Below are positions 27,212 to 34,909 of a stretch of 35,943 nucleotides of DNA, piece by piece (position 1 is the first letter of the stretch; every line of letters starts with the position of its first letter). The stretch covers positions 1-35,943 of the forward strand of contig CAYPEC010000004.1 in assembly GCA_964409625.1 (NCBI GenBank), read 5' to 3'. The notes under the pieces were generated by a model. It worked only from the letters and a program-made list of their open reading frames with translations, did no database searches and was not told the origin of the DNA. This DNA is from an uncultured Bacteroidia bacterium (lineage in GTDB: Bacteria; Bacteroidota; Bacteroidia; CAYPEC01). The translations under genes were made by a program, and so were the position numbers.

Positions 27212-27943
27212 TTATTTTTCCAAATATGGTCGTAATATTTTTGACCAAAGTAAATAGCCTTCGCTTGAAAGATGAATTCCATCCAGTGAATATTTTGGAT
27301 TTAATTGTCCATTTAATACAAACATACTGTATGTATCAATGAATACTATGTTTTGTTTTTTACCGTATTTAAGCAACTCTTTGTTTATTAATTTTATGTT
27401 TGCGTTTATCTTTGAATTACAATACCTAGGGTTTTCAGTTCGGCTATTTTCAACGGGAAATAAACTCTGAATATAGATTTTTGCAGATTTACATTCCTTT
27501 TGAAGTTTATCAAGGAGTTTTTTGTAATTAGTGATAACACTATCTTTTGCAATTCCTCTTCCAAGGTCATTAATGCCAATTTCAACAAATATTTTTTTGG
27601 GATTGTTTTGTATTATAGGAGTAAGTCTATCTATAACATTTACAATTAAGTCTCCGCTAACTCCTTTGTTTTTTATATTAATATCTTGAAAATATTTTGC
27701 GAGGTCAAAATTTTGCGTTAGGCTATTGCCAAGAAATAAAATAGAGTTGCTGTCTTTCGGCAATATTTTAAACACTTCTTTACGGTTAAGATAATCTTTG
27801 ATTTTAAAATTTTTATTATGATATGTCTTTTTAATCACCAGCGGAAGGGAAACATAATATTTCAAGTATTGTTCTTTAACTAAAAAGAATGAGACTAATA
27901 AATTTAGCCCTAATGAAATAGTTAAAATAGTTTTTAGGCGCAT
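27212..27943 (-). CDS. SGNH/GDSL-family hydrolase with an N-terminal membrane anchor
   Basis: Block I ILFLGNSLTQ, block III GINDLG, block V DGIHLSSEGY. N-terminal TM helix ILTISLGLNLLVSFFLV. Confidence 0.8.
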   Translation of the reverse strand: MRLKTILTISLGLNLLVSFFLVKEQYLKYYVSLPLVIKKTYHNKNFKIKDYLNRKEVFKILPKDSNSILFLGNSLTQNFDLAKYFQDINIKNKGVSGDLIVNVIDRLTPIIQNNPKKIFVEIGINDLGRGIAKDSVITNYKKLLDKLQKECKSAKIYIQSLFPVENSRTENPRYCNSKINANIKLINKELLKYGKKQNIVFIDTYSMFVLNGQLNPKYSLDGIHLSSEGYLLWSKILRPYLEK

Positions 27944-28032
27944 TCTTCGTTTTTATAATTCACTTCTAGTCGGCTGGTGAGGAATAAACCTTCTGCTCAT
28001 AACAAATCAATAAGTATCATCACGATTAAAAA

Positions 28033-28040
28033 CAAATCTA
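28033..28040 (-). promoter_or_regulatory. -7 promoter box TAGATTTG for the SGNH gene
   Basis: + strand caaatcta, about 90 nt upstream of the ATG at 27943. Confidence 0.35.
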
Positions 28041-28130
28041 CAAAATTTCTTAGTCAAGAGAATGTATTCCTTAGCAAAAGGAATGCTTTGCCAATAGCGT
28101 TATATAAGTGCGAGTGTCTTCATTAGCGAC

Positions 28131-28220
28131 ATGAAAGCTCCTTTAAGAAGAAGTATAGATGCTTTAAGGAGTAATGTAGCACCCTTAAGAAGTAATGTAG
28201 ATGGGTTAAAGAGTACTTAG
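28131..28220 (+). CDS. Speculative 29-aa mini-ORF with a heptad repeat (MKAPLRRSIDALRSNVAPLRSNVDGLKST)
   Basis: ATG-to-TAG frame exactly in phase with the 21-bp repeats, with a terminator 20 nt downstream. I found no recognisable -7 box upstream. Confidence 0.2.
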   Translation: MKAPLRRSIDALRSNVAPLRSNVDGLKST

Positions 28221-28224
28221 ATTG
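28141..28224. repeat. Four imperfect tandem 21-bp repeats
   Basis: ctttaagaagaagtatagatg / ctttaaggagtaatgtagcac / ccttaagaagtaatgtagatg / ggttaaagagtacttagattg. Units 1-3 share 16-17 of 21 positions pairwise. Confidence 0.8.
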
Positions 28225-28238
28225 AATTCCGAAAACCC

Positions 28239-28270
28239 AAAAGAGGAAGTGTTACGCTTCCTCTTTTTTT
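28239..28270. terminator. Strong bidirectional rho-independent terminator
   Basis: 9-bp stem aagaggaag / cttcctctt with loop tgttacg. T7 follows on the + strand and ttttgggtttt on the minus strand. It lies 27 nt past the stop of the AT3 gene. Confidence 0.75.
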
Positions 28271-28296
28271 GTGGAGATATTTTTAATAACCTCTTC

Positions 28297-29373
28297 TTAT
28301 TTCTTAATGAAGAAAGAAAACTTCTTTTTCAGATTAATAAAATGTATTTCGTAGTTGTAATACAATAGGTGTGCACAAATAGCAGATAATAGAATGGAGC
28401 AAGTATAAATAAGAATGTTTTCTAAATAGATGTTTTCAAAATGACAATATTGAAGCACTATATAATTAGTAAACTTATGTGTTAGGTAAACTCCATACGA
28501 AATAACTCCAATTTTATTCAGCACTTTATTTTCAATATTAATTTTTGATGCAGGGTTAGTACCCATATTAATAAGAATAATTACAAAAAGAAAAGCCAAC
28601 ACCTGATGGATAATAAGTGTCTTAAATAAAATACCTGCGCTGAGGTAAATAATCATTAATCCAAATGATAATACTTGCACCTGCCATGTATATACTACTT
28701 TAATTAATTTGGTAAAAAAGGGGTTGCCTGTTTTATAAAAATGAAATGCAAACGCTCCTAAAGAACCTATCAGCATACAATCAAAGCGTGCTAAGTATAA
28801 ATATTCTTTCAGAGAATCGAGATGCATATAAATGGCAAAAAAGCGTAAAGCCAAAAGAAGAAAACACAAAACAAATATCACCTGAAAGATTTTTTTTAAA
28901 TCCTTCAGCAAAAATAAAAGGGGAAACAGCAAATAAAATTGTTCCTCAATTCCTATCGACCATATTGGGTCTATTAAGCTTGGTAATCCATATCGGGTAT
29001 ATGCAACATTCGGAAGAAAGAATACAGCCAAAACCCATTTCGAAATGGGGGCGGAAAATTTATAGATAAATACTCCTGCAAGTAAAACAAGAAAATATAA
29101 AGGCCATATTTTTAAAACACGTCTCACATAGAAAAATTTAACATTCACCTTTTTATTAATGAATAGTTCGCTAATCAATAGGTAGGTAATTAAAAATCCG
29201 CTTAACACAAAAAAAAGCGTTACTGAAATAGTTCCGAGTGGAATTAAATCTATTGATTGAAATCTATTTAATCCATGCTCTGGTTTATGAAGTTCAATAT
29301 GAGCTACCAATACAAGCATAGCCGCAATTGCCCTTATAGAATCAAAATTTTTGAAGTAAATATTCTTCGTCAT
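28297..29373 (-). CDS. Acyltransferase family 3 (AT3) membrane O-acyltransferase
   Basis: N-terminal FDSIRAIAAMLVLVAHI motif and about 10 TM helices over 358 aa. Confidence 0.85.
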   Translation of the reverse strand: MTKNIYFKNFDSIRAIAAMLVLVAHIELHKPEHGLNRFQSIDLIPLGTISVTLFFVLSGFLITYLLISELFINKKVNVKFFYVRRVLKIWPLYFLVLLAGVFIYKFSAPISKWVLAVFFLPNVAYTRYGLPSLIDPIWSIGIEEQFYLLFPLLFLLKDLKKIFQVIFVLCFLLLALRFFAIYMHLDSLKEYLYLARFDCMLIGSLGAFAFHFYKTGNPFFTKLIKVVYTWQVQVLSFGLMIIYLSAGILFKTLIIHQVLAFLFVIILINMGTNPASKINIENKVLNKIGVISYGVYLTHKFTNYIVLQYCHFENIYLENILIYTCSILLSAICAHLLYYNYEIHFINLKKKFSFFIKK

Positions 29374-29395
29374 ATAACTTGTTTGCTAATTTACC

Positions 29396-30247
29396 TCAAA
29401 TCAATAACATATTATCAATCAACCTTACGTTGCCTAATTTTAAAGCTACACAGGCAATAGCAGCATTTGTTTTTTCGGTAAGTGGCAATAATGTTTTTGT
29501 ATCTGCAATTTCAAAATATTCCAAACCAAAAGCAGCAATTGCATTAAAATCTTTGGTAATAATTTCTTTCACTTCGGCATAAGAATGATTTCTGCTAAGG
29601 TCTTTTGCTTTGCAAAGTAATTCATAAATCTTAGGAGCAATATTTCTTTCTTCGGCTGTTAAGCGCACATTGCGGGAGCTCATTGCCAAGCCATCTTTTT
29701 CGCGTACAATTTCGCAGGCAATAATTTCAATGGGTAAATGCAAAGCATTTGTCATGTGCTTTATAATTGCCAGTTGCTGAAAATCTTTTTGTCCAAAATA
29801 AGCACGGTGTGGTTTTGCAATATCAAATAATCTATAAACTACCTGAGCCACTCCAGTAAAATGTCCAGGGCGGTGTTTGCCTTCCATTACTTTATCCAGC
29901 ATTCCAAAATCAATTGCTTTCCATGGCTCATTTGCTGTTTCATTTTTCGGATATATTTCATCTGCCAAAGGCATAAACAAAATATCGCATCCTGCATTCT
30001 TTAATAACTCAATGTCTTTTTGAGGCGTTCGGGGATATTTTTCAAGGTCGGTTTTATCATTAAACTGGGTAGGATTTATAAAAATGCTGCAAATGGTAAT
30101 ATCATTTTCCTTAGCACATTTCTCTATAAGTGAGGCATGACCTTTGTGCAATGCACCCATAGTGGGTACAAAACCAATGCTACCATTCGATTTGTTCAGT
30201 TCTCGAACTCCTTTCTGCAACTCGTTTATCGAATGAAATACAACCAT
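29396..30247 (-). CDS. panC: Pantoate--beta-alanine ligase
   Basis: GFVPTMGALHKGHASLI (HxGH motif) plus the FGQKDFQQ motif. Confidence 0.95.
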   Translation of the reverse strand: MVVFHSINELQKGVRELNKSNGSIGFVPTMGALHKGHASLIEKCAKENDITICSIFINPTQFNDKTDLEKYPRTPQKDIELLKNAGCDILFMPLADEIYPKNETANEPWKAIDFGMLDKVMEGKHRPGHFTGVAQVVYRLFDIAKPHRAYFGQKDFQQLAIIKHMTNALHLPIEIIACEIVREKDGLAMSSRNVRLTAEERNIAPKIYELLCKAKDLSRNHSYAEVKEIITKDFNAIAAFGLEYFEIADTKTLLPLTEKTNAAIACVALKLGNVRLIDNMLLI

Positions 30248-30265
30248 TTAAATGCTAAATTAAGC

Positions 30266-30273
30266 CAAAACTA
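30266..30273 (-). promoter_or_regulatory. -7 promoter box TAGTTTTG for panC
   Basis: + strand caaaacta, 19 nt upstream of the panC ATG. Confidence 0.4.
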
Positions 30274-30306
30274 AATTTTATAGTTGAATTAACGGATTTT
30301 TTTGTA

Positions 30307-30314
30307 TAATTTTG
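30307..30314 (+). promoter_or_regulatory. -7 promoter box TAATTTTG for the glgA-like gene
   Basis: gtaTAATTTTGtat, 48 nt upstream of the ATG at 30363 and divergent from the panC promoter. Confidence 0.4.
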
Positions 30315-30362
30315 TATTCTTTTTTAAAAAACAGGGCAAACCATCCCCCACCCAATAATAGT

Positions 30363-31190
30363 ATGAAAAAACCTAAAGTACTTTTTGTTTCTTCAGAGAT
30401 TACACCTTATTTAGATGAAACGGATATGTCAGTAATTGGTAGAAGACTACCACAAGGCATTCAGGAGAGAGGTAAAGAAATCAGAACATTCATGCCCCGT
30501 TTCGGTCTTATAAACGAACGCAGACATCAGTTACATGAAGTTATTCGCTTATCAGGAATGAACCTGATTATTGATGATACCGACCACCCACTTATTATTA
30601 AAGTAGCATCTATCCCAGCAGCTCGTATGCAGGTTTATTTTATTGATAATGATGATTATTTTGAACGCAAAGCAACTCTTACCGATAAAAAGGGAGAATA
30701 TTTCCCTGATAACGATGAGCGTGCTATTTTCTTTTGCAGAGGAGTTATTGAAACAGTAAAGAAACTTGGATGGCAGCCAGATATTATTCATTGCCATGGT
30801 TGGATGACTGCTTTAATGCCTTTGTATATTAAACGTTCTTTCCGTGACGACCCTTTGTATGAAAATACAAGAATCGTTTATTCGGTTTACGATGATGAGT
30901 TTCCGGCTACACTAGATAAGAATTTTGCAAAAAAAATTATGTTTGATGGAGTAGAAAAATCAGATATGGATATTATTAAAACTCCAAATTTTGCGAGTCT
31001 TACTAAACTAGCTATTACACACTCGGATGCTATAATAAAAGGAAGTCCTTCCATAAATTCGGATGTAGAAAAATTATTAAAGAAAACAGATTTACCTGTT
31101 TTAGATTACCAATCAATGGGAGAATACATTGATGCGTATTCAGAGTTTTATGATGCAGTATTGGAGAATGAACCTGCGTTTGCAGATTAA
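30363..31190 (+). CDS. Glycogen/starch-synthase-like protein, N-terminal (GT5) domain only, with a degenerate KTGGL motif
   Basis: MKKPKVLFVSSEITPY...FMPRFG...IIHCHGWMTAL aligns with the GlgA N-terminal domain. Only 275 aa. ATG at 30363 preferred over TTG at 30312. Confidence 0.75.
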   Translation: MKKPKVLFVSSEITPYLDETDMSVIGRRLPQGIQERGKEIRTFMPRFGLINERRHQLHEVIRLSGMNLIIDDTDHPLIIKVASIPAARMQVYFIDNDDYFERKATLTDKKGEYFPDNDERAIFFCRGVIETVKKLGWQPDIIHCHGWMTALMPLYIKRSFRDDPLYENTRIVYSVYDDEFPATLDKNFAKKIMFDGVEKSDMDIIKTPNFASLTKLAITHSDAIIKGSPSINSDVEKLLKKTDLPVLDYQSMGEYIDAYSEFYDAVLENEPAFAD

Positions 31191-31206
31191 TGTGTTTGAA
31201 AGAAGA

Positions 31207-32568
31207 ATGAAAATAAATAGTTCTAAAGGTTTGTCCCGCAAAGTCGGGACGAATTTTTTTCTAGTAATAGGTATAGCCCTTTTTCTAAGTTTTTCTTCTT
31301 GTAAAGAAGATAGCGTAGTGGGCTTAGGAGCACTACCTTCAGGTGATTTATTGAATATAGGTTTTGTAGATACTGCTAGTATTATTGCTTATAGTGTTGA
31401 GGAAGATTCTTTAAGAGCAAGCCAAACAATAACCAGCTTATTGGGGAGTTATAACGACCCTGTTTTTGGAGAGGCAAGAGCATCTATCTATACTCAATTT
31501 CGTTTTCCTGCCAATGTTAGCGTAAATCCCTTTGGAAATGATTTGGCTTTTGATTCGCTTGTTGTTACTCTTCCTTATACTGGTGTTTCTTACGGAGATA
31601 TAACTCAACCCCAAACCATAGAGGTTTATAGAGTAACCGAAGACTTTTATAAAGACACGGCTTATTATTCTAATAAATTTTTTACGGTTTCAACTTTGCT
31701 GGCAACTCAAGTTTATACTCCTCAGCCCAATACAAAAGTAGTTATAGGAGGGGATACTTTGGTGCCCCATGTTAGGATTAAATTAGATCCAACTTTTGGT
31801 CAGCAATTGCTAACTGATGCATCTACTTCTATGACAAGCAACGATTTGCTTTTGGCTGGATACAAAGGATTATACATTAAAGCAGCTACGATAGGTCAAG
31901 CATCTGGAGAAGGCGCTATTTTGTATTTCAATTTGCTCAGTTCGCTTGCTCGCGTTACTCTTTATTATCGCGATTCGGTTTCTTTCGGGAGCGCTTCCGA
32001 TACACTTTCGTATGGTTTTGAAATAAATAGTAGTTGCGCTCGTGTAAGTCAGATATCTCATGATTATGCTTTAGCTCCTTCAATATCAAATCAATTGGCA
32101 GATTCTACATTAGGACAAAATACAGTTTTTATTCAAGACCCTGCAGGATTAAAAACTAGAATTTTTTTCCCATTCATCAATAATTTTGTTGGTTCCGAAA
32201 AAATATCAATCAATAAAGCAGAACTTGTTCTTAAGCAAGAGCAAACAATATCTACTACAAATTATCCGGTTCATGCAAACCTTGCTTTAGGACAAATTGA
32301 TTCTACAGGCGCTTTAAATTATTTACCAGATTACTTTCTTGGTCTAGGGTCTACATATTTTGGAGGAGAATACGATGCAACAAGTAAAGAATACAGATTT
32401 AACATAGCACTTTATCTTCAAGGTTTAATGGATGGTAAAAAACAATATGGACTTTATTTACTTGGAGGAGATGGGAATATTATTACCGCTAACCGCACTG
32501 CAATTGGTGGACCTAAGAATATTACCTACCCAATGAAATTACGTTTAACTTATACTAAAATAAATTAA
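31207..32568 (+). CDS. Lipoprotein, probably DUF4270 family
   Basis: Lipobox LSFSSC|KED. Its position between the glgA-like gene and glmS matches the synteny I recall for Bacteroidota DUF4270 genes. Family assignment needs an HMM check. Confidence 0.65.
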   Translation: MKINSSKGLSRKVGTNFFLVIGIALFLSFSSCKEDSVVGLGALPSGDLLNIGFVDTASIIAYSVEEDSLRASQTITSLLGSYNDPVFGEARASIYTQFRFPANVSVNPFGNDLAFDSLVVTLPYTGVSYGDITQPQTIEVYRVTEDFYKDTAYYSNKFFTVSTLLATQVYTPQPNTKVVIGGDTLVPHVRIKLDPTFGQQLLTDASTSMTSNDLLLAGYKGLYIKAATIGQASGEGAILYFNLLSSLARVTLYYRDSVSFGSASDTLSYGFEINSSCARVSQISHDYALAPSISNQLADSTLGQNTVFIQDPAGLKTRIFFPFINNFVGSEKISINKAELVLKQEQTISTTNYPVHANLALGQIDSTGALNYLPDYFLGLGSTYFGGEYDATSKEYRFNIALYLQGLMDGKKQYGLYLLGGDGNIITANRTAIGGPKNITYPMKLRLTYTKIN

Positions 32569-32570
32569 CT

Positions 32571-34409
32571 ATGTGTGGAATTGTAGCATACATCGGGAGA
32601 AAAGAAGCATATCCAATATTAATAAAAGGACTTCATCGCCTTGAGTACAGAGGATATGATAGCGCAGGAGTTGCTATTTTAAATGGCGACTTAAATGTTT
32701 ATAAATGTAAAGGAAAAGTTGCTGATTTAGAAAAATTTGCTGCTGGAAAACATATTTTAGGGAATGCGGGGATAGGCCATACTCGTTGGGCTACACACGG
32801 TGTTCCAAATGATGTAAATGCTCACCCACATTATTCGGGCTCAAAAAATCTTGTAATTATTCATAACGGCATTATTGAAAATTATGCTGCTCTTAAAAAA
32901 GAATTGATAAATCGCGGACATGAATTTTTAAGCGATACAGACACAGAGGTGCTTATTCATCTTATCGAAGATATTAAACAAAAGGATAATTTAAAATTAG
33001 GCGAAGCAGTTAGATTGGCATTAAATCAAGTAATTGGAGCTTATGCAATTGTTGTTATGTCGAAAGACCACCCGAATGAATTGGTAGTTGCAAAAAAAGG
33101 AAGCCCGTTAGTAATTGGTGTTGGCGATAATGAATTTTTTGTTGCATCCGATGCTACGCCTATTGTTGAATATACCAAGAATGTAGTTTATCTCGAAGAT
33201 GAAGAAGTTGCATTTATTGAATTAGGAAAAGAACTGAAGATAAAAACGATTAAAAATCGTGATAAAACTCCTTATATACAAGAACTTGAAATGCAGTTGG
33301 AAGCCATTGAAAAAGGCGGATTCCCTCATTTTATGTTGAAAGAAATTTATGAGCAGCCCCGTTCGATAAAAGATAGTATGCGTGGGAGATTAAGCGTTAC
33401 AAAGGGTGTTGTTAACTTGGGAGGTATAGCGGAGTACGAACAAAAATTGGTTAATGCTAAACGAATTATTTTCATCGCCTGCGGAACTTCTTGGCATGCA
33501 GGATTAGTTGGAGAATACTTATTTGAAGATTTAGCAAGAATTCCTGTAGAGGTTGAATACGCTTCGGAATTCAGATATAGAAATCCAGTTATATATGAAG
33601 ATGATGTAATTATTGCTATTTCGCAATCAGGTGAAACTGCAGATACGCTTGCAGCAATCGAATTGGCAAAATCAAAAGGAGCAACCATAATTGGAGTTTG
33701 TAATGTGGTTGGTTCTTCCATTGCTCGCGCTACTCATGCGGGTTCATATACTCACGCAGGTCCAGAAATCGGAGTTGCTTCAACCAAAGCATTTACAGCA
33801 CAGGTTACTGTTTTAACATTGATGGCATTAAGTATTGGATACAAAAAAGGAACTGTTTCTCAGTCTCGCTTTTTCCAATTGATAAATGAAATAAATGCAA
33901 TTCCCGCAAAAATTGAAAAAGTTCTTTTGCAAAACGATAACATTAAAATACTCGCAGAAAAATTAAAAGATTCTACCAACTGTTTATACTTAGGTAGAGG
34001 CTACACTTTTCCAGTTGCATTAGAAGGAGCCCTAAAACTAAAAGAAATATCCTACATACATGCTGAAGGTTATCCTGCAGCTGAAATGAAGCACGGACCT
34101 ATTGCATTGATTGATGAAGAAATGCCTGTTATTGTAATTGCAACAAAAGGTAATTCATACGAAAAAGTTGTAAGCAATATTCAGGAAGTAAAAGCAAGAA
34201 AAGGGAAAGTAATAGCTGTGGTTACAGAAGGCGATACTAATGTAAAAGAAATGGCTGATTATGTAATTGAAATTCCTGAAACAGATGAAATTTTAGTTCC
34301 TCTTGTTTCTGTTGTTCCATTGCAATTGCTATCGTATCATATCGCAGTTATGCGTGGATGTAATGTTGATCAACCAAGAAATCTTGCAAAGTCGGTTACT
34401 GTAGAGTAG
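32571..34409 (+). CDS. glmS: Glutamine--fructose-6-phosphate aminotransferase (isomerizing)
   Basis: MCGIVAYIG Ntn-Cys start, two SIS domains (SQSGETADT), and the C-terminal PRNLAKSVTVE. Confidence 0.97.
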   Translation: MCGIVAYIGRKEAYPILIKGLHRLEYRGYDSAGVAILNGDLNVYKCKGKVADLEKFAAGKHILGNAGIGHTRWATHGVPNDVNAHPHYSGSKNLVIIHNGIIENYAALKKELINRGHEFLSDTDTEVLIHLIEDIKQKDNLKLGEAVRLALNQVIGAYAIVVMSKDHPNELVVAKKGSPLVIGVGDNEFFVASDATPIVEYTKNVVYLEDEEVAFIELGKELKIKTIKNRDKTPYIQELEMQLEAIEKGGFPHFMLKEIYEQPRSIKDSMRGRLSVTKGVVNLGGIAEYEQKLVNAKRIIFIACGTSWHAGLVGEYLFEDLARIPVEVEYASEFRYRNPVIYEDDVIIAISQSGETADTLAAIELAKSKGATIIGVCNVVGSSIARATHAGSYTHAGPEIGVASTKAFTAQVTVLTLMALSIGYKKGTVSQSRFFQLINEINAIPAKIEKVLLQNDNIKILAEKLKDSTNCLYLGRGYTFPVALEGALKLKEISYIHAEGYPAAEMKHGPIALIDEEMPVIVIATKGNSYEKVVSNIQEVKARKGKVIAVVTEGDTNVKEMADYVIEIPETDEILVPLVSVVPLQLLSYHIAVMRGCNVDQPRNLAKSVTVE

Positions 34410-34417
34410 TAATTTTT

Positions 34418-34807
34418 CTACTTTACCCACATAAAAACTTTATTGTTACTCTTGAATTTTTCTAAGTCTTTATCGAGTAGAATCATTGTAAAATCGATAA
34501 AAGGAAGAATTCCAAAACAACCTCCTACTGATCCAATATATACAATAGGAACATAAGGTTTTGTTCCTAAATAAATTCTATGTAAACCCAAAACCCCAAA
34601 TGGGAGAGGAAATGCAAGTACAGCCGCTGTAGCTTTTTCACCTTTTTTTGTTTTGTTTCTTAGCTTGAAAAATAATTTGTTGGGAGATTTTTCAGAGAAT
34701 GAAATGATTTCGATTTTTTCTGCGGATAAATAGAACTCATTTTCTTCAGCGAATGTAAATTCAATCGAACAGAAAAAGATAAATATTAATGAAATTATTT
34801 TATTCAT
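34418..34807 (-). CDS. TM2 domain-containing membrane protein
   Basis: Signal peptide, then the TM2 motif FGVLGLHRIYLGTKPYVPIVYIGSVGG. Confidence 0.7.
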   Translation of the reverse strand: MNKIISLIFIFFCSIEFTFAEENEFYLSAEKIEIISFSEKSPNKLFFKLRNKTKKGEKATAAVLAFPLPFGVLGLHRIYLGTKPYVPIVYIGSVGGCFGILPFIDFTMILLDKDLEKFKSNNKVFMWVK

Positions 34808-34837
34808 TCTTTGAAACTATAAACGATTTTTTCTGCA

Positions 34838-34845
34838 CAAATCTA
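34838..34845 (-). promoter_or_regulatory. -7 promoter box TAGATTTG for the TM2 gene
   Basis: + strand caaatcta, 30 nt upstream of the ATG at 34807. Confidence 0.4.
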
Positions 34846-34882
34846 TGCCATTTTTGAATAGAAATATAACATCAAAAAACCT

Positions 34883-34890
34883 TATCTTTG
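34883..34890 (+). promoter_or_regulatory. -7 promoter box TATCTTTG for the ALDH gene
   Basis: cttATCTTTGca, 19 nt upstream of the ATG at 34910. Confidence 0.5.
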
Positions 34891-34909
34891 CACCCTAAAA
34901 TTTTATACA

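Noticed and set aside
27944-28130. Search for a tRNA, tmRNA or other structured RNA in the long panC-panD spacer, including the small hairpin attcctt-agcaa-aaggaat at about 28064-28082.
   Set aside because: There is no T-loop (GGTTCGAAT-like) or cloverleaf arrangement. The 7-bp hairpin is AT-rich and isolated. Only the 21-bp repeats and the terminator are reported.
32569-32570. glmS ribozyme or riboswitch upstream of glmS.
   Set aside because: Only 2 nt separate the preceding stop codon from the glmS ATG, so there is no room for a leader RNA. The ribozyme is also not expected in this lineage.
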